From contig MEZH01000001.1 in the NCBI GenBank assembly GCA_001775995.1, positions 32,001-96,000 of the forward strand: a DNA stretch of 64,000 bases, written 5' to 3'. Below the pieces are notes generated by a model. That model was not told where the DNA came from. It did not search any database and worked only from the letters and a program-made list of their open reading frames with translations. The DNA comes from Candidatus Bathyarchaeota archaeon RBG_16_48_13 (GTDB taxonomy: Archaea; Thermoproteota; Bathyarchaeia; RBG-16-48-13). A program made the translations under genes and the position numbers. Below, in pieces: positions 38,336 through 48,733 of this stretch. How positions within the stretch are numbered: the first letter of the stretch is position 1; the number at the start of each line of letters is the position of its first letter.

Positions 38336-39034
38336 ATCAAGAGAATCCTTCTCATATCAGATATCCACGCCAATCCTGTGGCTCTAGAGGCCGTTCTAAA
38401 GGATGCTGGAAGTGTGGATATGATAATCCATGCAGGGGACATTGTTGATTACAATCCATGGCCGATGGAAGCTCTTGACAAAATCAGAGACTTGAGCGTC
38501 ATAAGCGTCAAGGGAAATCATGACAGAGATTCAGCAAGTGGAAAACCCGAGGGCTACAATGTCTATGCTAAAGCCAGCTGTTTATGGACGCATGAACAGT
38601 TAACATATGAAGCAAGAGATTATCTGTCTAGTCTACCTGAGAAAATAAAGCTGAATATAGATGGGTTGAACTTTTTCGTATGCCATGGCAGCCCGCGCTC
38701 TCTAATTGACGAATACATATACCCACCTCCAATCACCCCCAGAAATGTACTGTTGACATTTCTTGACGAGACAGCAAGCGACATCATAATAATGGGTCAT
38801 ACTCACATTCCGTTTGTTGAAACATTTGCGGGAAGACGTGTCATAAATCCAGGGGGGCTTGGGCAGCCGCGAGATAATGTTCCTTTGGCAAGCTATACTA
38901 TTCTAGAGATAGAGGACGAGAAAGTGAATGTCAAGCATCGGAGAATTGTTTATGATATCGACAAAGTTGCGCGGGAAATAAGAAGGAGAGGACTTCCGAC
39001 TTTCTTGGCTCAACGGCTCTTTTGTGGAGTATAG
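38336..39034 (+). CDS. YfcE-like metallophosphoesterase (probable ATC start at 38336)
   Basis: SDIHAN, AGDIV, GNHD, CHGSP, GHTH, NPGG. The SDIH motif lies upstream of the first GTG (38378). Confidence 0.85.
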   Translation: MKRILLISDIHANPVALEAVLKDAGSVDMIIHAGDIVDYNPWPMEALDKIRDLSVISVKGNHDRDSASGKPEGYNVYAKASCLWTHEQLTYEARDYLSSLPEKIKLNIDGLNFFVCHGSPRSLIDEYIYPPPITPRNVLLTFLDETASDIIIMGHTHIPFVETFAGRRVINPGGLGQPRDNVPLASYTILEIEDEKVNVKHRRIVYDIDKVAREIRRRGLPTFLAQRLFCGV

Positions 39035-39039
39035 TTCAT

Positions 39040-39303
39040 TTTTTCGGTATACGCTTTACCTCAAATACTACCCCGTTAGGATCAGGGGCAATGGGTATAG
39101 ACTATGGATTTATCGCTTCCTTTTGCCCAAGGAAGATTGGCACCGCCAGTTAAGGCGGCAGCTTGCCAATACAAGTTGGTCGCTGCCTCCAAACAGGGCT
39201 TGCCATTAGTTGTTGTTCCATCGATCTCAAAATTCTCGCCAACTTTGTGACCATGCCCGCATTTGCCGACCTCTTTAACCGTTACCAATGATTTGTAGAT
39301 CAT
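39040..39303 (-). pseudogene. TIGR04076-like small protein, +1 frameshift at 39085-39088; 3' end approximate
   Basis: KCGHGHKVGENFEIDG...CLEA...CP*. Removing one C gives CPDPNGVVFEVKRI. Confidence 0.6.
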
Positions 39304-39396
39304 ATTGCGTCGCCTGCTATGGAAGAAAAAGACGAGAAATTTAAGACTTGTCCTCGCGAATTGAAGACAGCGGTAGCTCATTGATAATGAGCAAAT

Positions 39397-40701
39397 CTAG
39401 AAAGAGACCCTGATGGAACTAGGTTTCTTGCCAAAGATCTTCTCTGAGGCGTTCTGAACCTTTGCCCTATGCTGTGGAATGGTATAGACTCTAACAATGT
39501 TCACGTATCCTGCTAGAGCGTCAACAAGTTGAGATACTTCTGAGAGCCGTCTCAGGGTCTTGCTCCCATCAGAATTCCGTTGGAATACTGGAATATCGCT
39601 GTTGAAGGTTTGAAGCGGGTTATAGGGAACGGATGGAACTGTTGGTACATCTATCATAATGTAATCTGGGTCCACCTCACTCTCGGTGCTTATGTCATCC
39701 ACTATTTTTTCTCGTACCTCATCTCTACTAATGATGTTTGTGAAGAACTGATCCTTATGATGGAACATGACCTCATACGTACATTTCAACAGATTCCTGT
39801 TGTTGAACCGCTTGGCAAAGTCATAGGATATTCTCAGTCGTTTGTCTCTTTCGCCTTTAAGGCTAAGAAGACCTTGCATGACGCTTGAGTCGTCAAGTTC
39901 TAGATACTCCTCGGGACTTCTAAAATCAGTCAAGTGGATCTCGTCACGCGCATATTCCATCGCTTTGATGAGTAGTATTCCTGCAGCTCTGACCGTTCTG
40001 TGGAAGTAGACCGCCTTGAACATTTCATAACGCGCAATCAATAACGATTCAAGAGCATAGAAGGCGGTGAGATCCATAGCCAAAATACCATCGACCAACT
40101 CAACGGAGTTTATTAGCCTATTTACATCCACTCGTCCATATTCAACTCCTGTGAAATGAGAATCCCTTGGTAAATAGTCCAGAATGTCAGCGCTGAATTG
40201 ACCTGCTATGATTTGATTGACGAAACTATTTTTGGTTTCTTTCAAAGAACCGATCGCTAACGTTGCCATTTCCTTAGGTGAAAAGCCGTTACTTGATAAG
40301 ATATCTTTGACCTCACTTTTCTTGACAAGCCACTCAGTTAGTTCCTCGTGGGTGGTGTCGCGATATTTTTCTAGAAGTTCTTCATATACATGGGAGAATG
40401 GTCCATGCCCTATGTCGTGTAGTAGACCGGCAATTCGAAGTTTTTCAACCAATTCAATGTCTATGTACCCTTCTTGGACAAGATGGTTCGCAAATAGACC
40501 TGAAAGGTACATCACCCCCAGTGAGTGAACAAATCTGCTATGTTCTCCGCCTGCATAAGTTAGATGCGCACCTGCCAGCTGTTTTATTCTTCGAAGCCTT
40601 TGTAGAGGTAGCGCATCTATTATTTTTCGTTCAGCGTCAGTTATGTAGATGTAGCCATGAACTGGATCTCGAATCTCACTAACCCAGTCTTTCATTGTCA
40701 T
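39397..40701 (-). CDS. HD-domain phosphohydrolase (SAMHD1/YwfO-like)
   Basis: DPVHG, QRLRRIKQL, HSRFVHSLG, LLHDIGHGPFSH, D..DYL.RD. Confidence 0.9.
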   Translation of the reverse strand: MTMKDWVSEIRDPVHGYIYITDAERKIIDALPLQRLRRIKQLAGAHLTYAGGEHSRFVHSLGVMYLSGLFANHLVQEGYIDIELVEKLRIAGLLHDIGHGPFSHVYEELLEKYRDTTHEELTEWLVKKSEVKDILSSNGFSPKEMATLAIGSLKETKNSFVNQIIAGQFSADILDYLPRDSHFTGVEYGRVDVNRLINSVELVDGILAMDLTAFYALESLLIARYEMFKAVYFHRTVRAAGILLIKAMEYARDEIHLTDFRSPEEYLELDDSSVMQGLLSLKGERDKRLRISYDFAKRFNNRNLLKCTYEVMFHHKDQFFTNIISRDEVREKIVDDISTESEVDPDYIMIDVPTVPSVPYNPLQTFNSDIPVFQRNSDGSKTLRRLSEVSQLVDALAGYVNIVRVYTIPQHRAKVQNASEKIFGKKPSSIRVSF

Positions 40702-40771
40702 TCCTCGTCTGTTCTTCTAATTCAATATCAAGGAATATACATAAATTGATTTAGGAGATTTAGTGATTTGA

Positions 40772-41374
40772 GTGAAAGAATTGCGGGACCGAGGTGTCTT
40801 AATAGCTATTGAGGGCCTCGACGGCAGCGGAAAGACTACTCACGCACGAATTTTGAACGAAAACTTGAGAAGATATGGGTATAATTCTGAGTATACCAAG
40901 GAACCGTCCATTGGGAAGATAGGCAGCTTCATCCAAAGCATGATCCTCTATGGCAACATCATGACAGAACCTACGGTGGAAGCTCTACTCTTCGCTGCCG
41001 ATCGTGTCGATCATATAAAGAGTTTTGTCGAACCTAGTCTCAGGCAAGGAAGAATTATCATATCAGATAGATACGTTTACTCCTCGTTAGCTTACCAAGG
41101 AGCGAGAGGAGTCGACCTGAAGTGGCTGAGAAATATTAACGAGTTTGCGCCTAAAGCAGATATTAGTTTTTATATAGATGTACCACCAGAGGTCGCCTTA
41201 AGTAGAAAGAGAGGGACAAAAAGCGTATTTGAACGATTGGATTTTCAAACTAGAGTTAGAAACATCTATTTGGAATTTGCAAGAGCGAAAGAACTACATT
41301 TGATAAGCGGCAATAATCCTCTAAATCGGGTACAGGAAGAGCTTCTGAGCAGTGTAGAGAATTTTCTCAGGTAA
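40772..41374 (+). CDS. tmk: Thymidylate kinase
   Basis: EGLDGSGKTT, LFAADR, DRYVYSS.AYQG. Confidence 0.95.
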   Translation: MKELRDRGVLIAIEGLDGSGKTTHARILNENLRRYGYNSEYTKEPSIGKIGSFIQSMILYGNIMTEPTVEALLFAADRVDHIKSFVEPSLRQGRIIISDRYVYSSLAYQGARGVDLKWLRNINEFAPKADISFYIDVPPEVALSRKRGTKSVFERLDFQTRVRNIYLEFARAKELHLISGNNPLNRVQEELLSSVENFLR

Positions 41375-41389
41375 GTTCGAAAATCGAAT

Positions 41390-41920
41390 CTAGACAACGC
41401 GCATATTCGAAATAATCAATCCTTTGAAGCCCGCTTTCTCCAACTTTTCGCTTATTTTCTTTAAGATGTAGATGAGAAGTTCACGAATTTGAATTCTACG
41501 AACACCTTGCTCATGGAAAACCAAGATCTCAAAAGTCTTAGAAGAGAAGAGGAAACGCAATATGAAGTGATCAAATTTGAGAGGAACCCACTTCTCATTT
41601 TTGTTCCGGTGATATTTTACTATTAATAGAAAGTCAAGGATTGGCGAGGGATCGTTCCTAGTCAGCTGAAGCCAATACTGACTTACCTCATTGGGCTCTA
41701 AGTAATGGAAAAATGCGTCCTCAGCAATCCCAACCTCGAAGGAAGTAGCAACAACGAAATCTTCACTACTATTGAATTCGAAAGCAGCGGTTTCCCTTAT
41801 TGAGTTCAATTCACATAGACTCTGAATTATAAAGAATTGGATCTTATTGGAGACAAAGACATGAGTAAGTCTGGCTCGTCCATGGTATTTATTTGGGAAA
41901 TTTACGTATCGCCCAAACAT
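41390..41920 (-). CDS. Hypothetical protein
   Basis: 176-aa ORF filling the gap; no motif recognised. Confidence 0.6.
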   Translation of the reverse strand: MFGRYVNFPNKYHGRARLTHVFVSNKIQFFIIQSLCELNSIRETAAFEFNSSEDFVVATSFEVGIAEDAFFHYLEPNEVSQYWLQLTRNDPSPILDFLLIVKYHRNKNEKWVPLKFDHFILRFLFSSKTFEILVFHEQGVRRIQIRELLIYILKKISEKLEKAGFKGLIISNMRVV

Positions 41921-42005
41921 ATCAGCTATTTATCCTTTCCAAAGAGATAAAAAGCATTTATCTTCATCACTGGCTCTTACCAAGGATCGAAGATCTATAT
42001 CTCAA

Positions 42006-42420
42006 ATGGCAGAAGAGTTTGCAGCGCCTTCATTAATTCATGGTGGGATTGCTGAAAGAAGAGAGTATCAAGAGAGAATTGTTCAGACAAGGCTAAGAGA
42101 GAATACCCTAATAATTCTACCAACTGGCTTGGGCAAGACCGTTATTGCCGCCATGGTGGCAATCGAAAGATTGAGAACCTTTCCTGATGGACGAATTTTG
42201 GCCTGGGCACCAACCAAGCCCTTGGTTGAACAGCATTGTATGAGATTCAAAGAATTCCTAAATCGGAGAAAGTACAATGTTAGTAGCTACTCAAGTTGCT
42301 GAGAAAGGATTAGACATAAGCGAGCGCGACTTGGTGATCTTATGATAACGTTCCCAATACTATCCGATTTATTCAACGCCGTGGCAGAACAGGGGAAACG
42401 AGTCAGGGCGCATCGTGATT
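42006..42420 (+). pseudogene. hef: Decayed helicase part of Hef (motifs Q-Ia joined to broken motifs V-VI)
   Basis: REYQ, LPTGLGKT, APTKPLVEQH, then directly VATQVAEKGLDI and QRRGRTG in shifting frames. Confidence 0.85.
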
Positions 42421-43238
42421 CTATGGCAGAAAAACCAAAGGACGAAGCTTATTATTGGATAGCAAGGTCTAGAGAAAGGAAAATGCAGGAGAGTCTATCT
42501 AGCATGCACCAGAAAACGAAAAAGGATGCTGAACTACTCAAACTCGATCATTTCATTAGTCAGAGGAGGGGGGTTTCGATAATATCAAACGAAAAAAAGA
42601 TTCATATTCATATGGACAATAGAGAGACCTCATCTCTCATTGCCAGAGAGCTTTTGACTCTAGGTGCTGATGTCAAGCTATCCAATCTGCCAGTTGGAGA
42701 TTATATCCTTTCCGACAGAATAGCAGTGGAACGCAAGAATTCAAATGACATGATTTCATCGATCATCGACAGACGATTGTTTGACCAGTTGAAAGCTCTC
42801 AAAGAAGCGTATAGTGTTCCGCTTCTTCTTATAGAAGGAATTGACCTCTTGGGCATCAGAGGAATGCATCCTGAAGCCATAAGAGGAGCATTAGCTAGTG
42901 TGGTTGTCGATTACGGGATATCGATATTATGGACGATGAATCAAATGGAAAGTGCTCAAATGCTCTATACTATTGCTAAGAGAGAACAAACGGAAAGAGA
43001 GACTCGGGTCACAATACGGGGCGAGAAGAAGCCTCCCTCGATAAAAGAGATGCAGGAATTTTTGATAGCAGGTTTGCCAAACGTGGACTCAGTATTGGGT
43101 AAGCGACTTCTAGAGCACTTCGGAAGTGTGGAAGGAGTATTTTCTGCAACGAAAGAACGTTTAATGGAAGTACCAGGAATAGGAAAAAAGATTGCTGAAA
43201 AGATAAGGCTTGTTGCCTCTCATATGTACGGCAAGTGA
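42342..43238 (+). CDS. xpf: XPF/ERCC4 nuclease with HhH2 (open frame; true start probably an internal ATG)
   Basis: DNRE, GDY, ERK..ND...SIID.RLFDQ, GIGKKIA. Confidence 0.88.
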   Translation: MITFPILSDLFNAVAEQGKRVRAHRDSMAEKPKDEAYYWIARSRERKMQESLSSMHQKTKKDAELLKLDHFISQRRGVSIISNEKKIHIHMDNRETSSLIARELLTLGADVKLSNLPVGDYILSDRIAVERKNSNDMISSIIDRRLFDQLKALKEAYSVPLLLIEGIDLLGIRGMHPEAIRGALASVVVDYGISILWTMNQMESAQMLYTIAKREQTERETRVTIRGEKKPPSIKEMQEFLIAGLPNVDSVLGKRLLEHFGSVEGVFSATKERLMEVPGIGKKIAEKIRLVASHMYGK

Positions 43239-43239
43239 C

Positions 43240-43587
43240 TTATCGACTCCCTCGAATCCTCTTTATTCTCTCCAGAACCTCAAGAAATATGGAAAGCAGC
43301 GTGGCGATCTCCACGAGTTCTTTGGGGTCGTTCTTATCTGAAAGCTGCCTCTGAATTTCATCAATTTTCTTAGTAATGGTCAGCTCTATCTGATGCAAAA
43401 CAAGGCCACCATCGAGAATCTCCGTTTCGCTATTATTTTTTGCGATTATGATCCTTTTGTTGCATTTTGGACAAATGATGTCGCCCCTAACTTGGAAGAG
43501 AATAGTACCACATTCTGGACAAGTTGAAGCGAGCATCTTAGCCCCTCCCTTGAGAAGCTCGGCCATCCGCTTCACTTGATCATTCAT
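43240..43587 (-). CDS. UPF0148 / SSSCA1-like zinc-ribbon protein
   Basis: MAELLKGGAKML...CPECGT.LF....CPKC. Confidence 0.82.
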   Translation of the reverse strand: MNDQVKRMAELLKGGAKMLASTCPECGTILFQVRGDIICPKCNKRIIIAKNNSETEILDGGLVLHQIELTITKKIDEIQRQLSDKNDPKELVEIATLLSIFLEVLERIKRIRGSR

Positions 43588-43704
43588 AGAATCACCTGGA
43601 GGACATGATTTCGAGGGTGTCTTTTCATCTATTCTTATATTTTGAACTATAAGTTTTTAATTAGTTTATGTTCAAGAAGTGTGGTAGATTTGGGAGAGGT
43701 TATT

Positions 43705-43986
43705 TTGGCAGCCCGAAAAAAGAAATTGCAGGAATACTTGGACCGTATCAGTCAAGCTGTTCCTATATTGAGCCGCGTATCTGAAGATTCTACAACACCA
43801 AGGAACATAAGGCGATCTGCAAAGTCGGCCATGGACGCGCTTCAGAGTTTGGAGTTCACTCCTGCTGTGCGGGCCTCAAATGCAATAGCTACACTAGACG
43901 AGATTTCTCAAGATCCAAACATGCCGCCTTATACCAGGGTTCAGATATGGAATGTGGTTAGCATTCTTGAAGCAATAAAGGACTGA
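43705..43986 (+). CDS. UPF0147-family protein
   Basis: DSTTPRNIRR, LDEISQDPNMP.YTR; TTG after GAGGT. Confidence 0.85.
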   Translation: MAARKKKLQEYLDRISQAVPILSRVSEDSTTPRNIRRSAKSAMDALQSLEFTPAVRASNAIATLDEISQDPNMPPYTRVQIWNVVSILEAIKD

Positions 43987-44120
43987 CTCTGCTTTACTAT
44001 ACATAATTCTAGAATACCATCAGCAAACGATTATTGCATATTACAATACTCTGCTAATGGTTTTGAAATATTGTTAAAGATTTTTAGAGAGTTCTGTAAG
44101 AATTTGTATTAGGGATTGAG

Positions 44121-45125
44121 ATGTCAGTTGTAAATAGTGTGCTGGAGCTCATAGGGAATACTCCGCTCATGAAGCTGAATAGAATTACCGCAGACGTCCG
44201 CGCGAATGTCTTGGTAAAATGCGAATTTATGAACCCCAGCGGAAGCATAAAAGATAGAATGGCCCTTTGGATGATAGAAAATGCTGAAAAAGAGGGAAAA
44301 CTGAAGAAGGAAGGGATGATAGTTGATTCCTCGACAGGAAATACTGGTATAGCTCTCGCATTCATTGGAAATGTGAAGGGATACAAAGTACGCATTTTTA
44401 TACCTGAAAAATGGGGAGCTGAAGGGTACAGTCCTGAAGACAGATTGAAAATTATGCGATGTTTCGGTGCTGAAGTTGAGAAAGTTCCAGTTGAATTTGC
44501 AGCGACCCTAAAGCTAGCGGGTGGAGCTGCAGGTGGAGTAGTTGAACTTGGAGGAAGAAAGATTTGTTACGAAATGGAAAAGCAGGATCCAAAGGTTTGG
44601 TGGGCACGTCAGCTTTCAAACCCATACAACGTTTTAGCACATAAGAACACAACTGGTAAGGAGATTCTCGCCCAGACCCATGGGAAGGTTGATGCATGGG
44701 TGGCTTCGATAGGAACTGGCGGGACGTTACTCGGAGTCGCAGAGGCAATCAAAGAGGTGAATCCGCACGTCAAGATAATAGGGGTGGAGCCAGAGGCTAC
44801 GCCTCTGACTGAATGGTACAAAACGGGGGAAATAGACAGAGTTGTGGAGCAGCTAGGCTTGCCGAAAACAAAGAACATAATCAACACTATACTTGATAGA
44901 AATATTCTTGATCGAGTAATAACCGTAAGCGACAAAGACGCTAGAGACACTGCAAACAAGCTTTGCGCAAATGAGGGGTTATTCTGTGGTCTATCCTCAG
45001 GAGCAAATGTTTATGCGGCATTGAAGATTGCAAAGGAATTAGGAACAGGAAATATAGTTACGGTATTGGTTGATAGAAGAGATAGATATCTCGGTGAGTT
45101 TCCAGAAGAGCATTACGTGACTTAG
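44121..45125 (+). CDS. PLP-dependent cysteine synthase family protein
   Basis: IGNTPL, NPSGSIKDR, SSTGNTG, GTGGT, GLSSGA. Confidence 0.88.
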   Translation: MSVVNSVLELIGNTPLMKLNRITADVRANVLVKCEFMNPSGSIKDRMALWMIENAEKEGKLKKEGMIVDSSTGNTGIALAFIGNVKGYKVRIFIPEKWGAEGYSPEDRLKIMRCFGAEVEKVPVEFAATLKLAGGAAGGVVELGGRKICYEMEKQDPKVWWARQLSNPYNVLAHKNTTGKEILAQTHGKVDAWVASIGTGGTLLGVAEAIKEVNPHVKIIGVEPEATPLTEWYKTGEIDRVVEQLGLPKTKNIINTILDRNILDRVITVSDKDARDTANKLCANEGLFCGLSSGANVYAALKIAKELGTGNIVTVLVDRRDRYLGEFPEEHYVT

Positions 45126-45352
45126 TGGCATGTTTACACGAAACCAGTCTTGATGCTCTTTCAAAAGAAAAAAATCCGATCATAACGTTCGAGTATATTT
45201 CTACATGTAATGCCAGCATTTTAACAGCGATTGTCAAAACTGCTTTCTTAGTATGCATGTGACTTTTGAAAAGTGCTCTCTAATATAGCATAGAAATGCT
45301 GGTAAAACTTAAGAGTACATATGCATTCTAACAACAGAGAAGGTTAAGCCTT

Positions 45353-45544
45353 ATGAGTAAGAAGGACAAGTCGAAAAAGTCCGCACCAATGCCAGCTATG
45401 AGTGCAGGGTTGCTTCGTTTCTTTGAGGAGGAAACGACCGGAATAAAGGTGAAACCCGAGATTGTGATGGCCATCGCGGCTGCTCTAATAATGCTAGCCA
45501 TATTAGGACAACTGCAAACAAATGGTTTACTGCCCTTTTTCTAG
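45353..45544 (+). CDS. sec61b: Preprotein translocase Sec61-beta
   Basis: SAGLLRFFEEE...IKVKPE plus one TM helix. Confidence 0.9.
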   Translation: MSKKDKSKKSAPMPAMSAGLLRFFEEETTGIKVKPEIVMAIAAALIMLAILGQLQTNGLLPFF

Positions 45545-46659
45545 CCATGAATAAAATTCATCAAGGATGTCTGCTCTATAGTGGGCAGAGGGCGAGCAGC
45601 TATCTTGCATTCTTTTCTGATGTTTTGTGCCAGGACTTCAGAAGAGCCAAAGCAAGTGTAAACTCGAGAGGGATTAACCTCTTTAACATAGTCTATCAAG
45701 TGAGGATAGTCCGCATGGCTGCTTAATGGAAATGCGCCGTTCGGGGTCTTAAATCTCAATGCCCAGCCTGTAACCACGCTCCTTGCGGCTTTCCTCTCCG
45801 TTGGAATCATATTGCTGTTGCCATTAGATATCAAGTAAGCGCAATTACCGTGGCGAAGCAATTCTTGGCCTTCTTCCTCCGTAGAATCCAGAAAAACCAA
45901 TTTGTGGTTGTATTTAGAATAGATATGACTTGCTCTGGCAATAGGGGGATCCACTACCACCGGAAGATTGGTGAAGTCATTGAGCAAGGCGATAACCTCT
46001 TGCGCCTTTCCAATTGTATACAGCTGAAAGATGGGGACTCGGTTTTCCCTGATTTGTCTAATGACCCAACTAACAATATTGCCATAGGTGTCTTCTCGCT
46101 CGGGGAAAGCATAGAAAGGGTTACCGTAAGTGGCTTCCATTATAAGTATGTCACAATTGACGATGGAAGCTGACTTTGTCGTCAATGTTTCCAAGAGATT
46201 CATATCGCCAGTATAAATGATCGTACCAAAAGGCGTCCTAATTTGAAATTGTGCAGAACCTAAAATATGTCCAGAATCATGGGGAACTATCTCAACATCA
46301 TCAAACCTAATCTTATCTGAATAAGATAAGACCTTCTTGTTATCAGCCTTCGTTCTGGTTTTTGCTTCATAGAGTTCGCATGTTTCTTGAGTCGCAATCT
46401 TTTGATTCTTCGAATCAAAACCCTTTGTGTGATCATTGTGAGCGTGAGAAATAAATATTGAACCAGAAACCGTTTTCTTGCAATTCTGCGGATCAAATGT
46501 GAGGAGGGTGTCCCTAGTCGATATTACTATGCCATTGTTCCAGCCCACTTGGAGGTCTTTCAAAGATGTAGATTTTCCCTCATTAACAATGGGAAGAGAA
46601 GGTGTAATTAAGAGTTGCCGGACTGAAAACTTTCTTAAGTACATCTCTAATAATCTCAC
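45541..46659 (-). CDS. MBL/beta-CASP nuclease-like protein (start probably internal)
   Basis: ISHAHNDH, GHILGS, YTGD, MEATYG, SSHAD. Confidence 0.85.
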   Translation of the reverse strand: MRLLEMYLRKFSVRQLLITPSLPIVNEGKSTSLKDLQVGWNNGIVISTRDTLLTFDPQNCKKTVSGSIFISHAHNDHTKGFDSKNQKIATQETCELYEAKTRTKADNKKVLSYSDKIRFDDVEIVPHDSGHILGSAQFQIRTPFGTIIYTGDMNLLETLTTKSASIVNCDILIMEATYGNPFYAFPEREDTYGNIVSWVIRQIRENRVPIFQLYTIGKAQEVIALLNDFTNLPVVVDPPIARASHIYSKYNHKLVFLDSTEEEGQELLRHGNCAYLISNGNSNMIPTERKAARSVVTGWALRFKTPNGAFPLSSHADYPHLIDYVKEVNPSRVYTCFGSSEVLAQNIRKECKIAARPLPTIEQTSLMNFIHG

Positions 46660-46706
46660 TACCCCTAACTAATCGTGTTCCTATAAAATGGAGGACGGTT
46701 GGAATA

Positions 46707-48509
46707 ATGGATGACTATCTCAACTCCGCTATAAGTCACTACAAATCATTATTCAATCTACCCTCTTACAGAACCTTAGTGACTATTCTTTTCGTCTTGA
46801 CTTCTGTAAGCGAAGGTGTAGCCTTTTCTTTCATCAAATATCAGTCGATCCTGACAGGTGTTGCTTTTGGAATTACGGCATTCTTCTTTCCATGTATTAT
46901 GTCTGATTTCGTTACACAGAGAGCCTTCATGAGGGGTGATTCTCTCTTCACATTACGAAGACATGCTGGGCTATCATTGTTCTCATGCATTGTATGGGGA
47001 CTATCTTCGATTATTGGAGCAGCTGCAACTAATTTGTCAACTACTGCATTTGACCTCTTTAGTAAATCTCTATTACTGAGTTTCGCTTTCGTGACGGCCT
47101 TTCGTTTCTTAATCATAAACTCAACTTCTTCATTGGGTACGGGGCGGAAGGTTGCGACAATTCTTCTCCAGCCATTATTTTGCTTTGTTGTGGTCATTGC
47201 ATATTTCCCAATCCTAGGAGCAAAAGATTTCTTCCTTATTCTTTTTGATACGATCACACTGTTGGGTGCATCTATCGTCTTCAGTAGGATCATTGATTCA
47301 TACGGCAAGAGGACAATAGGCATCGGTGCTATTGACCTTTTCAAAGCTTTTGTCAATAGTTGGGCTGAAGGAATACCAACTGGTCTGGAATACCAATTTG
47401 AGAAACTGGGAGAAGAGATTGATGTGGAAATTGATCTCTTGGCATTCGAGGATTGTGAAAATCCCTTTGCCATAATGGTTGTCCCAGCACTTCATCCAGG
47501 TCCATTCAGAAATGTTGGAAGCAGCACGATACCTTATGATATACAAGAAAAGCTATCGAACAAGACTGGGGCGGTAGTCTGTGTACCCCATGGAACTGCG
47601 GGCCATGAACTGGACTTAACCTCAGCAGGACAACGTGAAAAAGTCATCCAGGCAGTAGTGGAATCCATTCCTATTAAGGGATCATTCAAAGGCATAACCC
47701 GAATGGTTAGAGTTGAGAAGGATTATTTCAAAGCGAGTTGCCAGGTGTTAGGAAGAAGCGCTTTGGTGACACTCACGTGTTCTCCAAGGAGTACCGAAGA
47801 TCTGCCGACGTCTTTAGGTAAGGCCTTGACCAAATTCAGTTTGGACTCTGGATTAGACGGTGCTGTTATTATTGATTCACATAATTGCATAGAACAAGAG
47901 GCCTCATTCTTATCAATGGCAGATACTCTAGTTTTGCAGGAATGTGCCAAGGAAGCTATAAGAAGGGTAGTAAATGAGAAGCGGAGCCACTTTGAGTGCG
48001 GAGTATCGCACATTGTCCCTGAGGAGTTCTCTATGAATGATGGAATGGGACCTGGAGGCATAGTGGTTCTTGTCCTCAAAACGAAAAGTGATCATACAGC
48101 ATATGTAACAATTGACGGCAATAATATGATCAAGGGAGTTCGGGAGAAGATTCTTGAATCAATTATTAATTTAGGGATCAATGACTGTGAGATTTTCACG
48201 ACCGATACTCACGTTGTTAATGCAATAGGCCCTTCGAAAAGAGGATATCATCCGATTGGTGAAAAAATTGACCAAAAAAAGCTACTCGACCTCATAAGGA
48301 AGGCAACACAAGAAGCTCTGAGTAACCTACGCGTGGCTAAGGTTGCTTTCAAGAAGATCAAGGTCAAAAAAGTAAAAGTATTGGGCGAGAAGAACATATT
48401 GGAAATCACGCGGCTAGTGGATGTCATTATGAAAAAAATAAAGACATTAGCTGTTACAATATTTCTTCCAGCGATAATTCTAGCCGTTGCCTTAACAGCT
48501 TTCTTTTGA
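46707..48509 (+). CDS. DUF2070-family membrane protein
   Basis: N-terminal TM block; HPGPF..VGSS, DSHN, DGNN, TTDTH. Confidence 0.82.
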   Translation: MDDYLNSAISHYKSLFNLPSYRTLVTILFVLTSVSEGVAFSFIKYQSILTGVAFGITAFFFPCIMSDFVTQRAFMRGDSLFTLRRHAGLSLFSCIVWGLSSIIGAAATNLSTTAFDLFSKSLLLSFAFVTAFRFLIINSTSSLGTGRKVATILLQPLFCFVVVIAYFPILGAKDFFLILFDTITLLGASIVFSRIIDSYGKRTIGIGAIDLFKAFVNSWAEGIPTGLEYQFEKLGEEIDVEIDLLAFEDCENPFAIMVVPALHPGPFRNVGSSTIPYDIQEKLSNKTGAVVCVPHGTAGHELDLTSAGQREKVIQAVVESIPIKGSFKGITRMVRVEKDYFKASCQVLGRSALVTLTCSPRSTEDLPTSLGKALTKFSLDSGLDGAVIIDSHNCIEQEASFLSMADTLVLQECAKEAIRRVVNEKRSHFECGVSHIVPEEFSMNDGMGPGGIVVLVLKTKSDHTAYVTIDGNNMIKGVREKILESIINLGINDCEIFTTDTHVVNAIGPSKRGYHPIGEKIDQKKLLDLIRKATQEALSNLRVAKVAFKKIKVKKVKVLGEKNILEITRLVDVIMKKIKTLAVTIFLPAIILAVALTAFF

Positions 48510-48733
48510 GAAAATTGTTACCAGAATTAAACATTAAAGAATCAATTTCTTACAGAGATTTGTGTAAAATTCAGTTGACTTTGAATAAAGTACTTTAATT
48601 CATACTGTTTGACTTAATATCCAGGATCTCTAATAAGGAAAAAACGCGAATATGCAACTTTGTAGATTAATAAGAAATGGTGACAATATTCATTCACTGA
48701 ATTCAGAATACCATTTCTGCTAGAGTAGGAGGT

